Origin: Podarcis vaucheri
Lineage: Eukaryota
DNA: 64,000 bases
Direction: 5' to 3' (one strand)
Assembly: GCA_965113315.1 (NCBI GenBank)
Contig: OZ220377.1
Shown in pieces: positions 12,911-24,489 of the stretch (position 1 is its first letter; each line of letters begins with the position of its first letter). Under the pieces are notes generated by a model. That model made no database searches and was not told the origin of the DNA. It saw only the letters and a list, made by a program, of their open reading frames with translations. The position numbers and the translations under genes are program-made.

Positions 12911-13289
12911 CTTTGTTTCTATACATCTAAATATGCATACATACATTTATTTACATATATGTATAGATAATTTATCAATATCCTGTTATGAAATAGTGAA
13001 AAAGTCTATGTCAGTTACTGTTTCTTATATTTTTCGTTCATTACTTTTTTCTCACGGTTTGAAAATTTTATTTAGAAAATGGAGGCAGGAGAAATCTTGG
13101 AACTTAGAAGGGCAAACCATCTCTCCTTGGTCTGCATTCCTTTGCCTCTATTTCCCCTGGTTCATGGAAAATGCATTTTTGGTACAGCACTAGATACCCC
13201 AGGGTGTGGCAGCTGTGAAGAAGGCAAATTCCATATTGGGGATCATTGGAAGGGAGTTGAAAATAAAATTATGAATAAATACCATTATA

Positions 13290-13830
13290 CAAATCAATGG
13301 TGTGACCGCACTTGAAATATTGCATGTCGTTCTGGATGCCACACCTCAAAAAACATATTGTAGGGTTGGGAACGGCAACCAGAATGATCATGGGGCTGAA
13401 GGATCATGAGTTTTTTGTTTAGAAAAAAGCATGCAGTGTTTATGAAATTTTGCATTGCGTGGAGAAAGCGGACAGAGAAATGTTTTTCTCCTCTCATACT
13501 ATTAGAACCTGGAGCCACCCAATGAAGCCAAATGTTGGAAGGAAAAGACAAAAGGAAGCACATAATCAAAACTATGAAAGCATTAAAGCATTGGCTACCA
13601 AGTTGGATGACTTTTAAAGGGTTTAGACAAAATTATGGAGGATAAATCTGTCAATGGCTGCTACTCAGGATGGCTGTATAATATGTGGTGGAGACAGAAT
13701 GCCCCCGAATGCCAATTGCTGGCATTCATAAGCGGATAGAATGTGGTTGGACTCATGTCCCTCTTGTGGACTTCCTGTAGGTATCTGGCCATTGTGCGAA
13801 CAGAGCGCTTGACTGGGTAGACCTTTGATC
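13290..13830 (+). mobile_element. CR1 LINE 3' fragment
   Basis: CR1-type motifs ccgcacttgaaatattg..ttctgg..ccacacctcaaaaa, ggcaaccagaatgatc, ttagacaaaattatggaggataaatctgtcaatggct. Confidence 0.7.
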
Positions 13831-14204
13831 TGCTCTCAACGATTTGAATTATCCCTTTCTCAAAATTTGAATTATTCCTTTCTCAAGCTTTATTCACAGT
13901 GCTACCAATGGGGGTTCTACATTCTCTGTGCTATGAAGCATTTTTTTCCCTGTGCTGTGCGCTATTCAGTGCTACCCAAACACAATTCTTCCTTGTGCTT
14001 GGAAGCTGCCTCAGTCCTGCAGTGGGGGAATTCCATTCATTCTTTCAAAGTGAATCTTGACCAAAGACTTGGAGTTGATAAGTTCAACATCTGCATGCTA
14101 AAACAGAGATGTCCCCAAATAAAATTGTTATCTATCTAGTATTCAGACACTAAGCAACTTTATTGGGATGAAACATGAGTTGTTCATCTTTCTCTTCACT
14201 TCAG

Positions 14205-14305
14205 AGTATCTCTGCCATGTTTATGTGCGGAATGACGGATTGGCTGGAGTGCTGATTGCAGACAATGAGTATCCATCCCGGGTCTGTTTTACCTTGTTGG
14301 ATAAG
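14205..14305 (+). CDS. YKT6: YKT6 coding exon 3: (E)YLCHVYVRNDGLAGVLIADNEYPSRVCFTLLDK
   Basis: 101 nt, cttcag / gtaagt. Confidence 0.97.
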
Positions 14306-14772
14306 GTAAGTACCAGGTTCAACCAAGATGACCTATGATTCTGCAGTTGAGCTGCAAGAGAGCATAGAATAGAAGTTTTGAAGCTGGACTATGGGCCTTT
14401 CCTGTGGTGGCACTTTGGAATGGCCTACCCCCATCCCAAAATAAGGTATGAGCTAAGGCTCTTAAAGTTTCAGCACATGCTAAAGCCTTCTTTATTTACC
14501 TTGGGCTTTACTGGTACTTAATGCCTTCTATTATGAGAGTTAATTTTATTTGGACCACTGATTGGATTTTAATATGATGGTGTCCTGTAGTTGTAGTGCA
14601 AAATTTTATACTACATTTTCTAGGCTGTTGTACGTTACCTGGCAATGCATAATACTCTGCATATAAATATTGCTTGGCTCCATTACAGGTAAAACATTAG
14701 TTCAATTGGGGCATCACACCAAAGCATGGTTTTCTCTAACCATAGTTTAGAACTCCAGCCTAGGATTTAGGC

Positions 14773-14908
14773 CAGGCTTAGGCAAACTCGGCCCTCCAGA
14801 TGTTTTGGCACTACAGCTGCCATCATCCCTGACCACTGGTCCTGTTAGCTAGGGATGATGGGAGTTGTAGTCCCAAAACATCTGGAGGGCTGAATTTGCC
14901 TATGCCTG
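14773..14908. mobile_element. hAT-type MITE, near-perfect hairpin
   Basis: Long inverted repeats caggcttaggcaaactcggccctccagatg... / ...catctggagggctgaatttgcctatgcctg; 8-bp TSD atttaggc/atttagtc. Confidence 0.85.
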
Positions 14909-15651
14909 ATTTAGTCAAAATGACCTCCTCCTCACTGCCCTCTCCCTTCCCCAATTCAGCTGAAAACTTTCAGCCCTTCCCTTCCTAAGGTTTGAGCTTC
15001 AAATACACAACAGAAAAATCTGTTTAGATATTCTTGTCTTCCTTTTTCCATTTAGGTTTCATAAGTTAACTCCAATCTCCATGGTGCAGCAACTTTTGGA
15101 GGCAGAGGGGTTGCCATATATCTATGTTTATTGGAAAATATACCTAACCAATTACAAACCATGGTTGGTCAGACCAGACATAAAACTGGTCTTCTTTTCG
15201 TGATTGGTGTGATACCAGAATAGGGGATTGGCTCTGGGGCCATTTGATGTTCAACTATTTTGTTTATTTTGTTTGTTTAAGGTAAATCATTTGCTTTCTT
15301 CCCAGGTAGTTTGAGCCTGGTGAATACAAGGAAGGAGACCTGTTTAGTTTCAGAGATGGGACTATCTTGGATGCACTCAACTCAACCTGTGCTCCTTGTT
15401 AAGGGCATAAAATCAGAGACTGGTTTTGATTAGTTACTGACCATGAACTTACTTTGGATCTTGGAACTACTTTGAGTATTTATTAACATTTCCTATTGAG
15501 GAAGGTGTGTGTTCCGGTAGAGAACACAGAAACTGGATGTCACTTGTCTGCAACTGGCAATTATGGTATTGGGGAACTTTGAGAATCTTGGTCTAGGTTG
15601 CTCTCATGAGTGAGAGGGCAGTTGAATTCTTATTGTCAGTTTGTATTGTAG

Positions 15652-15756
15652 GTGCTGGATGAATTTTCCAGGCAAGTTAATAGGATAGACTGGCCCTCTG
15701 GAACCCCGGCAACAATAAACTACACAGCTTTGGATGGTTACCTTAGTAAATACCAG
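15652..15756 (+). CDS. YKT6: YKT6 coding exon 4: VLDEFSRQVNRIDWPSGTPATINYTALDGYLSKYQ
   Basis: 105 nt, ttgtag / gtatga. Confidence 0.97.
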
Positions 15757-16231
15757 GTATGACTGAACTGGGCTAGACAATTAAAGCAAAGAAGCTTTAA
15801 TGTTGTCTGGTGCATGATTTTAACTTGCCTTTCAATGTTTATTTGTTTTAGTACTATTCTGTTTTTGTTTGGGTGTGGGTGTGTTTAGGTGGGGGGAAGC
15901 ATGTCTTTATTGATCACATGTATTGCATGCTAGCAGCCATAGTCCTAATTGCATGACTTAATCTAGTTTTTACTATGTTATATGAGAAGAGGCTGATCTC
16001 TGGGAAGAGTACAAAGAACTTTTAATATTTCTAGCAGAGGGAAGAAATACTGTTTTATCAAAATCTTCAGTGCCAAAATGTTGAAGTTTTTTATTTGGGT
16101 CATATATGTAGCTTGGCACAGTTGGAAGAATCTACTTTCTGATTATTTCATTAAGGAATTAATGTCCTAATAATGATCTCCAGTTTCTCAACTATCACCT
16201 TCTATAATAATGTGATGTGTTCCTTTTTAAG

Positions 16232-16297
16232 AATCCTCGTGATGCAGACGCAATGACAAAAGTGCAAGCCGAGCTGGATGAGACCAAAGTCATTCTG
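16232..16297 (+). CDS. YKT6: YKT6 coding exon 5: NPRDADAMTKVQAELDETKVIL
   Basis: 66 nt, tttaag / gtaagg; start of the R-SNARE motif. Confidence 0.97.
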
Positions 16298-18198
16298 GTA
16301 AGGGGCAACCTCTTACAGAAATCTTGTGGAATTGGCACATGTTGTGTTAATCCAAGTCTCCTCAACACAGTGCTTCCCAGCTATTGTAGGTCTTCAGGTC
16401 CCATCATCCCCGTCCACTGGCCCCGCTGGCTGGAGCTGGTGGAAGTTGTAGTCCAATGTCTTGGTGACTTTCTCATGACCACTTAGAAAATGAAGGACAG
16501 TACAGAATTTGCTGTACCTTGGTCCCTCAGAGACTACAACAGCATTATTAGGATATGTTGTCCCACAAAGCTGTGAAAGCTCTACAAACAAACCCTTAGT
16601 TTTCCCCTTTCTTCTTTGAAGGATGCTCTCTTCAGCATTAGTACAGTGTGTGAGTTACTGCACCAGTCTTTTAATCGGGCACTTGTGATTCTGTAAGCTG
16701 GTTGAGGAGCCATGAGCTAAGCTGAGAACAGTGATGCAGTCAGATGGAACTAGGTCATGACTACTACTTTAGCTAGGAACACCCTTTGCTTCTGTTTATG
16801 ATGTCATTAATATCTGAGTCAATCTCTTATAATGACCCTAGTGTTTCTTGTGTGGCAGAACAGAATTGTCTTGACTGTCCTGTTTTGCAATCATGCTTTA
16901 GTTGCTACCTCCCCCACAATTTAGGGATGTCCTGATTGTGGTGATGAGCAAATGCTTCAGTGTATGGCTGTTTTGAATCCTGATTCCTATTCCCATCTCA
17001 AGCAATGTGCCAGAGGCTGGGAGTTAAACTGAGCTTCTAAGATCTCGACAGAATATTAAAGCAGCTAAGAAGGGAACTATTTAACATATATTAAATCTTA
17101 AAGCAGTGTTGCTTTCTCAGCTACACTTAGGAAGCAGAGAATTACTTCTCTGGGTTAAATGCTGAAACTTTGAGATGTTGTTTATTTGCAGATTTGTGTA
17201 AAAACTTAACAAGCCTAGATAATGATTATGGGCAACTTAAGCCTAAATATTAATGTTCATTAAGTCTTAAGCATCTGAAAACAGAGTCATCTGCGTAAGT
17301 GTTGGACAAATTAAAATATAAGTATTGTTCCTGCTACACTTTTTGAATACAGTTGGCTTCCCCACTCTTCTGAGAACATGCTTAAATAGTTGAATAGCCT
17401 CTATTTCTACAGTCAATTAGAAAAAAAAACCCCTCTTGAAGAGTGAGGCAGAATTTTGTTTACATTTTAAAAGTAAGTTGTTAGAATTAGAGTCTGAAGG
17501 TGACAATGAAAATACAAAACAAAAAACCACGAACCCAAGAATAAAACATACACCACACTAAAACAATAGATTGCTAACCCAATTGCAATAAAAAAGCAGC
17601 AACTGGAATGAGCTCTAAGGATGAGGGAGGTTTGCTGAAAGCAAGCAGTGAGGTCAGCATGTGTGCCTCTCTGAGCAGAGAATACTGAGGAGCAGGGGGC
17701 ACCACTGAAAAAGCTCCATGTCATCAAGCTCTGCTGATAGAAAAAGAAGGGGACACAAAACAGATTCTTGCCCCAAACATAAAGAAAGAAGACGGCGCAA
17801 AAGCTTTTATTTATATGTATAAGCAGGCATGCACCTTTAAGAATAGTTTGGGTTTAGAATTTACACACCTCTTGGCAGGGGCCAAGGTGAGAGAGGAAGG
17901 GACGAATAAATGCTTGCAGCGGTGACAGCAATGGAGTGTTAGTCTGTGTGAGAGCCAGGTGTGTGCAGAGTCCAAGAACCTTGCCTTAAAAACCAACAAT
18001 ACTTTATAAGCACCTTCCAAGCCAGAAAGCAGAATTTCATTTTATTACTATTTTATAATACGAAGGGGTGGGGAGCTCTGTGACCGTGGCTCTGCCAATT
18101 CTTAAACTTACCCTCTGCTGCAGTTTGAGCAGCTGGGCTTGCAATATTTATTGACCACGCGCAGCCTCCATCTTTCAGCTTTGTCTTTTCTCACTTAG

Positions 18199-18300
18199 CA
18201 CAATACCATGGAGTCTTTGTTAGAAAGAGGAGAGAAGCTGGATGACTTGGTGTCCAAATCAGAAGTTCTTGGAACTCAGTCAAAAGCCTTCTACAAAACT
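18199..18300 (+). CDS. YKT6: YKT6 coding exon 6: HNTMESLLERGEKLDDLVSKSEVLGTQSKAFYKT
   Basis: 102 nt, acttag / gtaagt; contains the R-SNARE zero-layer LERGEKL. Confidence 0.97.
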
Positions 18301-19988
18301 GTAAGTATATTGTGGCCAGAGGCCCAACTATCTTGTCTCACTGACTTCTCCTCTGTCTTTCCAGCAGAGTGTTCATGGGTGGTATGTTCTTAGAGCCAAG
18401 TGTTGTGAGACACCTACCATGTACTTCCTGGGGGGAATTGGCAGAGTGTGAAGTAATTCTCATATCTCTTGCTAGTCCTGGATCTGTGAAAAGCTCTTGT
18501 GGATTGTGATGTTTAGGACTCTAGCAACAGATTCTCTTGAGTAAAGTATAATTCTCCTTGCAGATCCACACAGCTGGATCATTGTAATAGGCTGCCATAC
18601 ACTTAGGAAGAGGGAGGTTTGGCTTCCATTAACATGCTAGATAATTGATAATGGTCTATTCTCTATTGATAATAATTGGGCTTGCTCTTTTCTCTATCTT
18701 AAAAAAATAAAATGTGGCTTCAGATGTCTCTCCCTTCCACAATGTGGTGATCAAATTCAGAATTTCCTGCAATAATTTCATTTATTTCATAAAAATAATG
18801 ACAACCATCCAACAGTTCTATAAGTGGGGGAAAGGGAAAGAGTGGGCAGCAAATGAGTGTTTTTGTCTGAGAATCATGGCTTTCTTGTACAGGTATTTGC
18901 ATTGGAAATGGAACCTGGTCTATCATGAACAGTTAGATTATATTATCTGCCTAGCTGGAGATGAAATGGAAAGAGCCCTTAAATACAGGAAATTTAGGTG
19001 GGGGGTGGAACTAACAAGATTTTTCTTGTTGAAAAAGTTTGCGAATTGCAAATGGAAACATGAAATAAAAATCATCCTGACCTAAATGACAATTACTGCA
19101 TGCCTCAGACATCTTGATATTGGTTCGGCCCACATAAGCACTTGGCTTCCTCTGGCTTGTAGCCAGTGCTAGTCCTATTCATAACAGACCCATTGAAATA
19201 AACAGACATAAATTACTCATGTCAATTGATTTCAGTGGGTCTCCTTGGATTAGGACTAACATTGGATGCAGCCCTCTGGCCCTATTCTTAGGTATCTTTT
19301 CCTTGGTACAGGTATTGTGAGGAGCCTACCCTGCAGCTCCTTCCCATGCCAGCCTTTTCCCTTCTGGAACATCTCTCCTCCCCACTCCAGAGACAGGAGC
19401 TATCATGGTCCTTAGGGATTTCATTTCTATCTCTCCAGAATTCCTTTCCTGGTTTCTGAGTGTTTGTACTTAGGAAATCAGGACAGATTAATAAACCAGC
19501 CACATCCCTCCCTTAATAACCAGACATAGATGAGGTTTTGGGAATCCCCATGCATGTGATTCCGGGGGGCCGCAATATGGTGGTGGTGGTCACTTTTTAA
19601 GCCCTAAACTGCTTGGGACCCAGGCACGTTATGGACCACTTCCTACCACATCGGGAGAAGCCCTCTTGACTAACTCCCACCCACCCTCAAGCGGATGGAG
19701 ACTGGGGAGGATGCTTTCTTGCTTGAGGCCTTCCAGATGTGCTCTTGCCTTCTTTGGATTATAATTGTTGAGGTTTTTTTATTATATATGAACCTCTCTG
19801 GACATTTTTTTAAAAACTGAAGGGTGGAATATAATAAGTATTCTTGACAGATAAAATGCATAAACTAAGCTGATACTGACACGAGGAGATTCTGTACAAG
19901 GAAGCTTCTGAGGATTTGACTTGCTAAAACCTTTTAAGTGGGAATCTCTCAATGTGTGTGTGTCCTTTTTTTAAAACCATCTCTTAAG

Positions 19989-20024
19989 GCCCGCAAGCAG
20001 AACTCGTGCTGTGAGATCATGTGA
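19989..20024 (+). CDS. YKT6: YKT6 last coding exon: ARKQNSCCEIM-stop (CCAAX prenylation motif)
   Basis: Acceptor cttaag; summed CDS 104+83+101+105+66+102+36 = 597 nt = 198 aa + stop. Confidence 0.97.
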   Translation, partial: ARKQNSCCEIM

Positions 20025-22475
20025 CCCCTTCGGCTGGAATCTGCCACCTGCTCTGGACTTCATTCGCATTCAGGGCTCCAGGACACAGCAGTGAAAAGAT
20101 GCACTCCTACGACTTCCCATGGCACTCCTTATTTCCGGATATAGCCACCTCAGCCAGGCTGGATGCACTGAAAAAGGATATGATGTTGTGGTTCATGAAT
20201 TTAAAACAATCTTTTTTTTCTCCTCTTGAAAAAAGGCATCTTGGGCCTCAAGATGCTTGTACTATGAGGCTGAGGATAGACACTGACTTTTTTCCATTGG
20301 TACCAAATGGGCTCCCTGATCTAGCAGTCTGGTGGATAGCCGCCATGTGGGACTTTCTGCCCTGCTTCTTTCTGAAACCTGCAAGCAGATGTGGACTCTC
20401 TATGTATCTGTTGCTGTATGTTTACGTAACACTAAGAAAACAGTCTGACCACCTGACGGTTGCAAGCCAGGACCAAGACTTGGCTTGTCAGTCTCAACAC
20501 TGCATCTAGTGGTGACAATGAGTTTCTCAGTGTGCTAAAATGTCCCGCGGTAGTTGTGGAAGCAAGGCAGGACTGCAGCCCGTTCAGCAGAGGAGCTCCA
20601 AGGGACTGAGCAAAGAAGTTCCCAGGGTGAGCTTGGGCTTGAGAATCTGCTTGGAATTATTTCCTTTTACTCAACCTGGGAGAGTCTTTTGATCTTGTCA
20701 CTACATTTGCCAAGGAGATAAGCAGCAGCTCATTTTCGTTCCCAACACTTAACTGCCACTTGTCAAACAAAAATGTTTAAGGAGGCTTGTTATGGCATCA
20801 CAAACTGGAAATCTGTCTCATCTCAGAGCTTATTTGGAGAGGGCTTATCCATAACACTGGTCAGTTTTCTGGTCAGTGGCTTCTGTTGCTTTTGCAATGC
20901 TTCTCCATATAATGTGGAAAAGCTGTTTTCACAGTCAGCAGCTCCCTTTCACTGGTAGTGTGTTGTGTTATGGCTGCTGTTAGGCAGTGCCCCTGCCATG
21001 GTATTAAACCAGCCCTTGTTAATGGCATTGTGCCATTGCCCAGAAGTCCCACCTGCTGCTTTGCACAAGGAGCTGTGCCAGAGTTCTGTAGTTTGACCTG
21101 TCCTATATTGGGTGTAAAGTGTTTTAGCCGCTGAAGTTGTGCGTCTTGGTGTCTTGTAATGTTCTTGGCTGGACCTACATCCTCCCCACTGGAGAGTTTG
21201 TCCCTGCTGGCTAGTTTTGTTTAAATACCAGAAAACGTTGATAATAATCTCTTGTCTTTTCTATCAGTGGTGCCTGAGCTCTTAGGACCATTCTGTCTTG
21301 GGAGGCAGGGATGCTATTCTGCAATTGGAGTTCCACCCTGATCTTGCCTTTTCTGTACCTCAACTGTGGTGGGTGTGTCTGCACACAGGTGAGAAGAAGC
21401 ATCACTTAAAAAAAAAAAAAAGCCTTAGAGAAGGAGCCGTGAGAATAGCAGCTTTGGTGTCAACAGGACGGAACTGCTACGTTGTGCTGTTGTACATCAG
21501 GGAGATCCTGGGAGGGTGTATATGTCTGGGACAGCGACAAACAGCTATCTTCTGATCTAGGTCTCGTAACTGAAGTGACATCACTGCCATAACGCTTCCC
21601 TCTTTTCCGGAGAGGCATATGAACGGTTATGGGATGGAGGTCTTCCTTGCTCCCATTACTGTGCAACAAGCTGTAGCAAAGGGGGCGAATGCCACTAGGG
21701 CAGAGCCGAGGCTTATCGACAAGGACCGTGAGCATGAGTGCAATTCGTGACTTGCAATCTGTTCACTTTTTTGTGCTTTTGTGACATATTTGACTGTGCC
21801 GCTTCCTCATGGGCAACAGCAACGTCAACTTTCAAATCCATTTTTGCAATGTATTTATTACTTGATAAGAAAGCCTACACCAAGCCCAGGGCAGGGGTGA
21901 AATGGGCCAAGTGAGAGACCCAGGGTTTTACTCAGTTTTTGTTATCATAGTTGACCTGTGTTGGCTTGGTGGTGGATGTTTTGGGACAGTTTATGTCTGC
22001 ACTTACTTGCTCTCTGCAGCCGAGCCCCTCGCACACCTTGGCCAATCACAAACTTGAATCGACATTATTATGCAGGCTGCCTTGGCAGAACCAGTGCAGC
22101 ACCCCGCTTGGTGCCAGTGTATCACCAGCCTTAATTTCTTTTTTCTTCTTCCTCGGATCTCTGCTATCTGAGGCCTGTCTTTTCTGTAAAGCCCATTTTT
22201 TTGTTAATGGTCTTCTGGGCTTGATCTTAACGAGTTCTCTCCTAACAAGAGGCCGGATAGTGAGCCACAGTGATTTCCATTCCTCCTTGCTTTGGGAGAG
22301 AACAACTGTTCCCATTTGTCATTTTTTTAAACTGAAAATTAACTTCAGAAACTGACCCCGAGAAGTAAAACAGCAAGGCTAATTTGTAAAGTGTTTTGCC
22401 CCTTAGGCTCATGTGCTCACACCTCTCTACCTGTCCTCTTTCTAATGTGGAAGCTTTTACTAAAGATTGTATTTT

Positions 22476-22481
22476 AATAAA
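22476..22481 (+). terminator. YKT6: Probable YKT6 polyadenylation signal (3' UTR ~2.5 kb)
   Basis: AATAAA preceded by TGTA and followed by GT-rich ctgtatgtactgg. Confidence 0.6.
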
Positions 22482-23953
22482 TATGGCCTAACTTCTGTAT
22501 GTACTGGTTAATGGATTATACCTACATGGATAAAGTTATCACTTGATGGTTCAAAAATGGCTTGTCTCATATCATCCATGCAATAATGAATCACGGTCCT
22601 CAAACTGCTGAATTGCTCGTGTGGAACCTGTAGCCTTTCTGGTGGTACTGGACTACAACTCCCATCATCCCAGACAAATTGGCCCTATTGGCCAAGGCTG
22701 TTAGAAGTGGGAGTCCCACATGGGGGTGAGCCACAGGCTCCCATCCCTGGCTCCGGAATTATATGCAGGAACCAGATACAGCATCTACCACTATATGGTA
22801 GGGTGTCAATGCCTGATATTACAGATTTACTTCATTCTTGCCAGATCCTCCTGGGCCTTCCTGTGTGATTAGTTGATCGGTTTAGATTTGCAGGGGGCTG
22901 TTCAGCTTTGGGCTATGTAGACCAATCCCTTGGAATACTTGAGTTGCTTTTTCTTCAGGATACTGATCTATTTTTCTGTTCCCAGTGCTTCTTAATTGAG
23001 ACAGAAGTATACGTTGTAGGAGCATCCTGTCTCTGCCTTAGACTTGCACATTCGTGTCAGTTATTACAGTTGGGCAAAGAAGTCTAAAAGGGCATTTCAG
23101 TTGTAAAACTAGAAAATAGATGAGAAATACATTGAGCCCCAGTCCGTTGCTCTGACATAATTGTCATCATTCTGTTTGCAGGTTTGTGCCTGTAATTTAA
23201 CATTGTGTCATCAGCAATTCTTAGGACAGATATTCCTATAACTATAAAAAGAACACCCCAAGGAGAAACACAAGAGGGGGCAATATATTGGTCAGTAAAG
23301 GTGGGAATGTGCTTTGAATCATCTCTGTGGCATGGTAAGGGCAGTACATTACATTAGAGCAGGTACTTGCCCACAGGATCCCACCCTCGTTCCTCCCCTT
23401 GCTGAAATGAGACTTGATAGAAGCGTTCTGTTTTAGCCAATATAATATATTGCCATGTGTGCTTGGTTTGGTGTGGGGTTTCTCCAGTTCATCTCCAAAG
23501 GTGTGCAAGTGTCCCCAAAGTTTGGAGACTGCTACATTACATTGGAGACTGCTTTTAAATAGTCAGCTTCTCAGTCTGACCTAGTAATGGGGATTGCGCT
23601 ACTAGTGCCTTGGCACTAATGGTCCTTGCCCCTCCATCTCCAGAATTCAAGTGTTACTTGTACAATACGTGCGGTTTCTCTTTGAGAGGCGAGAAAGAAG
23701 ATTCTGAAGATTCTCTCTTCTCATGAAGGTGAAGGCACCCAGTTTTTCTGTGCAGCAGTTTCTTTCCATTGCTCCCAAGATTAATCCCGCTCCTGTGCCT
23801 CTCTACCTGGGTCTGTTGTCAAGGTACACAATGCAGTAACCAAGCAGGTCTTGAGTCTGAACTGTACCTGGATGGGAGACCTCCTGGGAACATTATGTAT
23901 GCTGCTTTGACCACATGGGAGGAAACATATTTACGTGCTACTACAAATGAATT

Positions 23954-24318
23954 AGGGACGCGGGTGGCGCTGTGGGTAAAAGCCTCAGCGCCTAGGGCTT
24001 GCCGATCGAAAGGTCGGCGGTTCGAATCCCCGCGGCGGGGTGCGCTCCCGCTGCTCGGTCCCAGCGCCTGCCAACCTAGCAGTTCGAAAGCACCCCCGGG
24101 TGCAAGTAGATAAATAGGTACCGCTTACCAGCGGGAAGGTAAACGGCATTTCCGTGTGCTGCGCTGGCTCGCCAGATGCAGCTTTGTCACGCTGGCCACG
24201 TGACCCGGAAGTGTCTCCGGACAGCGCTGGCCCCCGGCCTCTAGAGTGAGATGAGCGCACAACCCCAGAGTCTGTCAAGACTGGCCCGTACGGGCAGGGG
24301 TACCTTTACCTTTACCTT
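23954..24318 (+). mobile_element. Full-length young Sauria SINE (lacertid type)
   Basis: tRNA-like head gggacgcgggtggcgctgtgg...ggttcgaatccc; (accttt)n tail; 12-bp TSD tacaaatgaatt; CpGs intact. Confidence 0.92.
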
Positions 24319-24489
24319 TACAAATGAATTGGATGCTCTAATCTTTAATGATTGTATCAGTCCTGTTCAGTGGGCTTTCTTTGTGCCAAACTGTTTCCAG
24401 GTGGTGTAAAGACATTTGGCGGTGGAGTGGGCTTGAATGAGAAGCTCAGGAACATGATAATGAGACAAGGTTGCACCAGTTGTTTTGTC

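Noticed and set aside
14773-14908. Long hairpins that could be miRNA precursors (also 54647-54779)
   Set aside because: Explained by MITE terminal inverted repeats with 8-bp TSDs
19989-20000. YKT6 last exon and CAMK2B hub exon both begin (g)cccgcaagcag (ARKQ)
   Set aside because: 11-nt match between unrelated conserved proteins in different splice phases; coincidence
20007-20024. YKT6 ends CCEIM rather than human CCAIM
   Set aside because: Both Cys and the terminal IM are retained, and I recall CCEIM in other non-mammalian vertebrates; not novel
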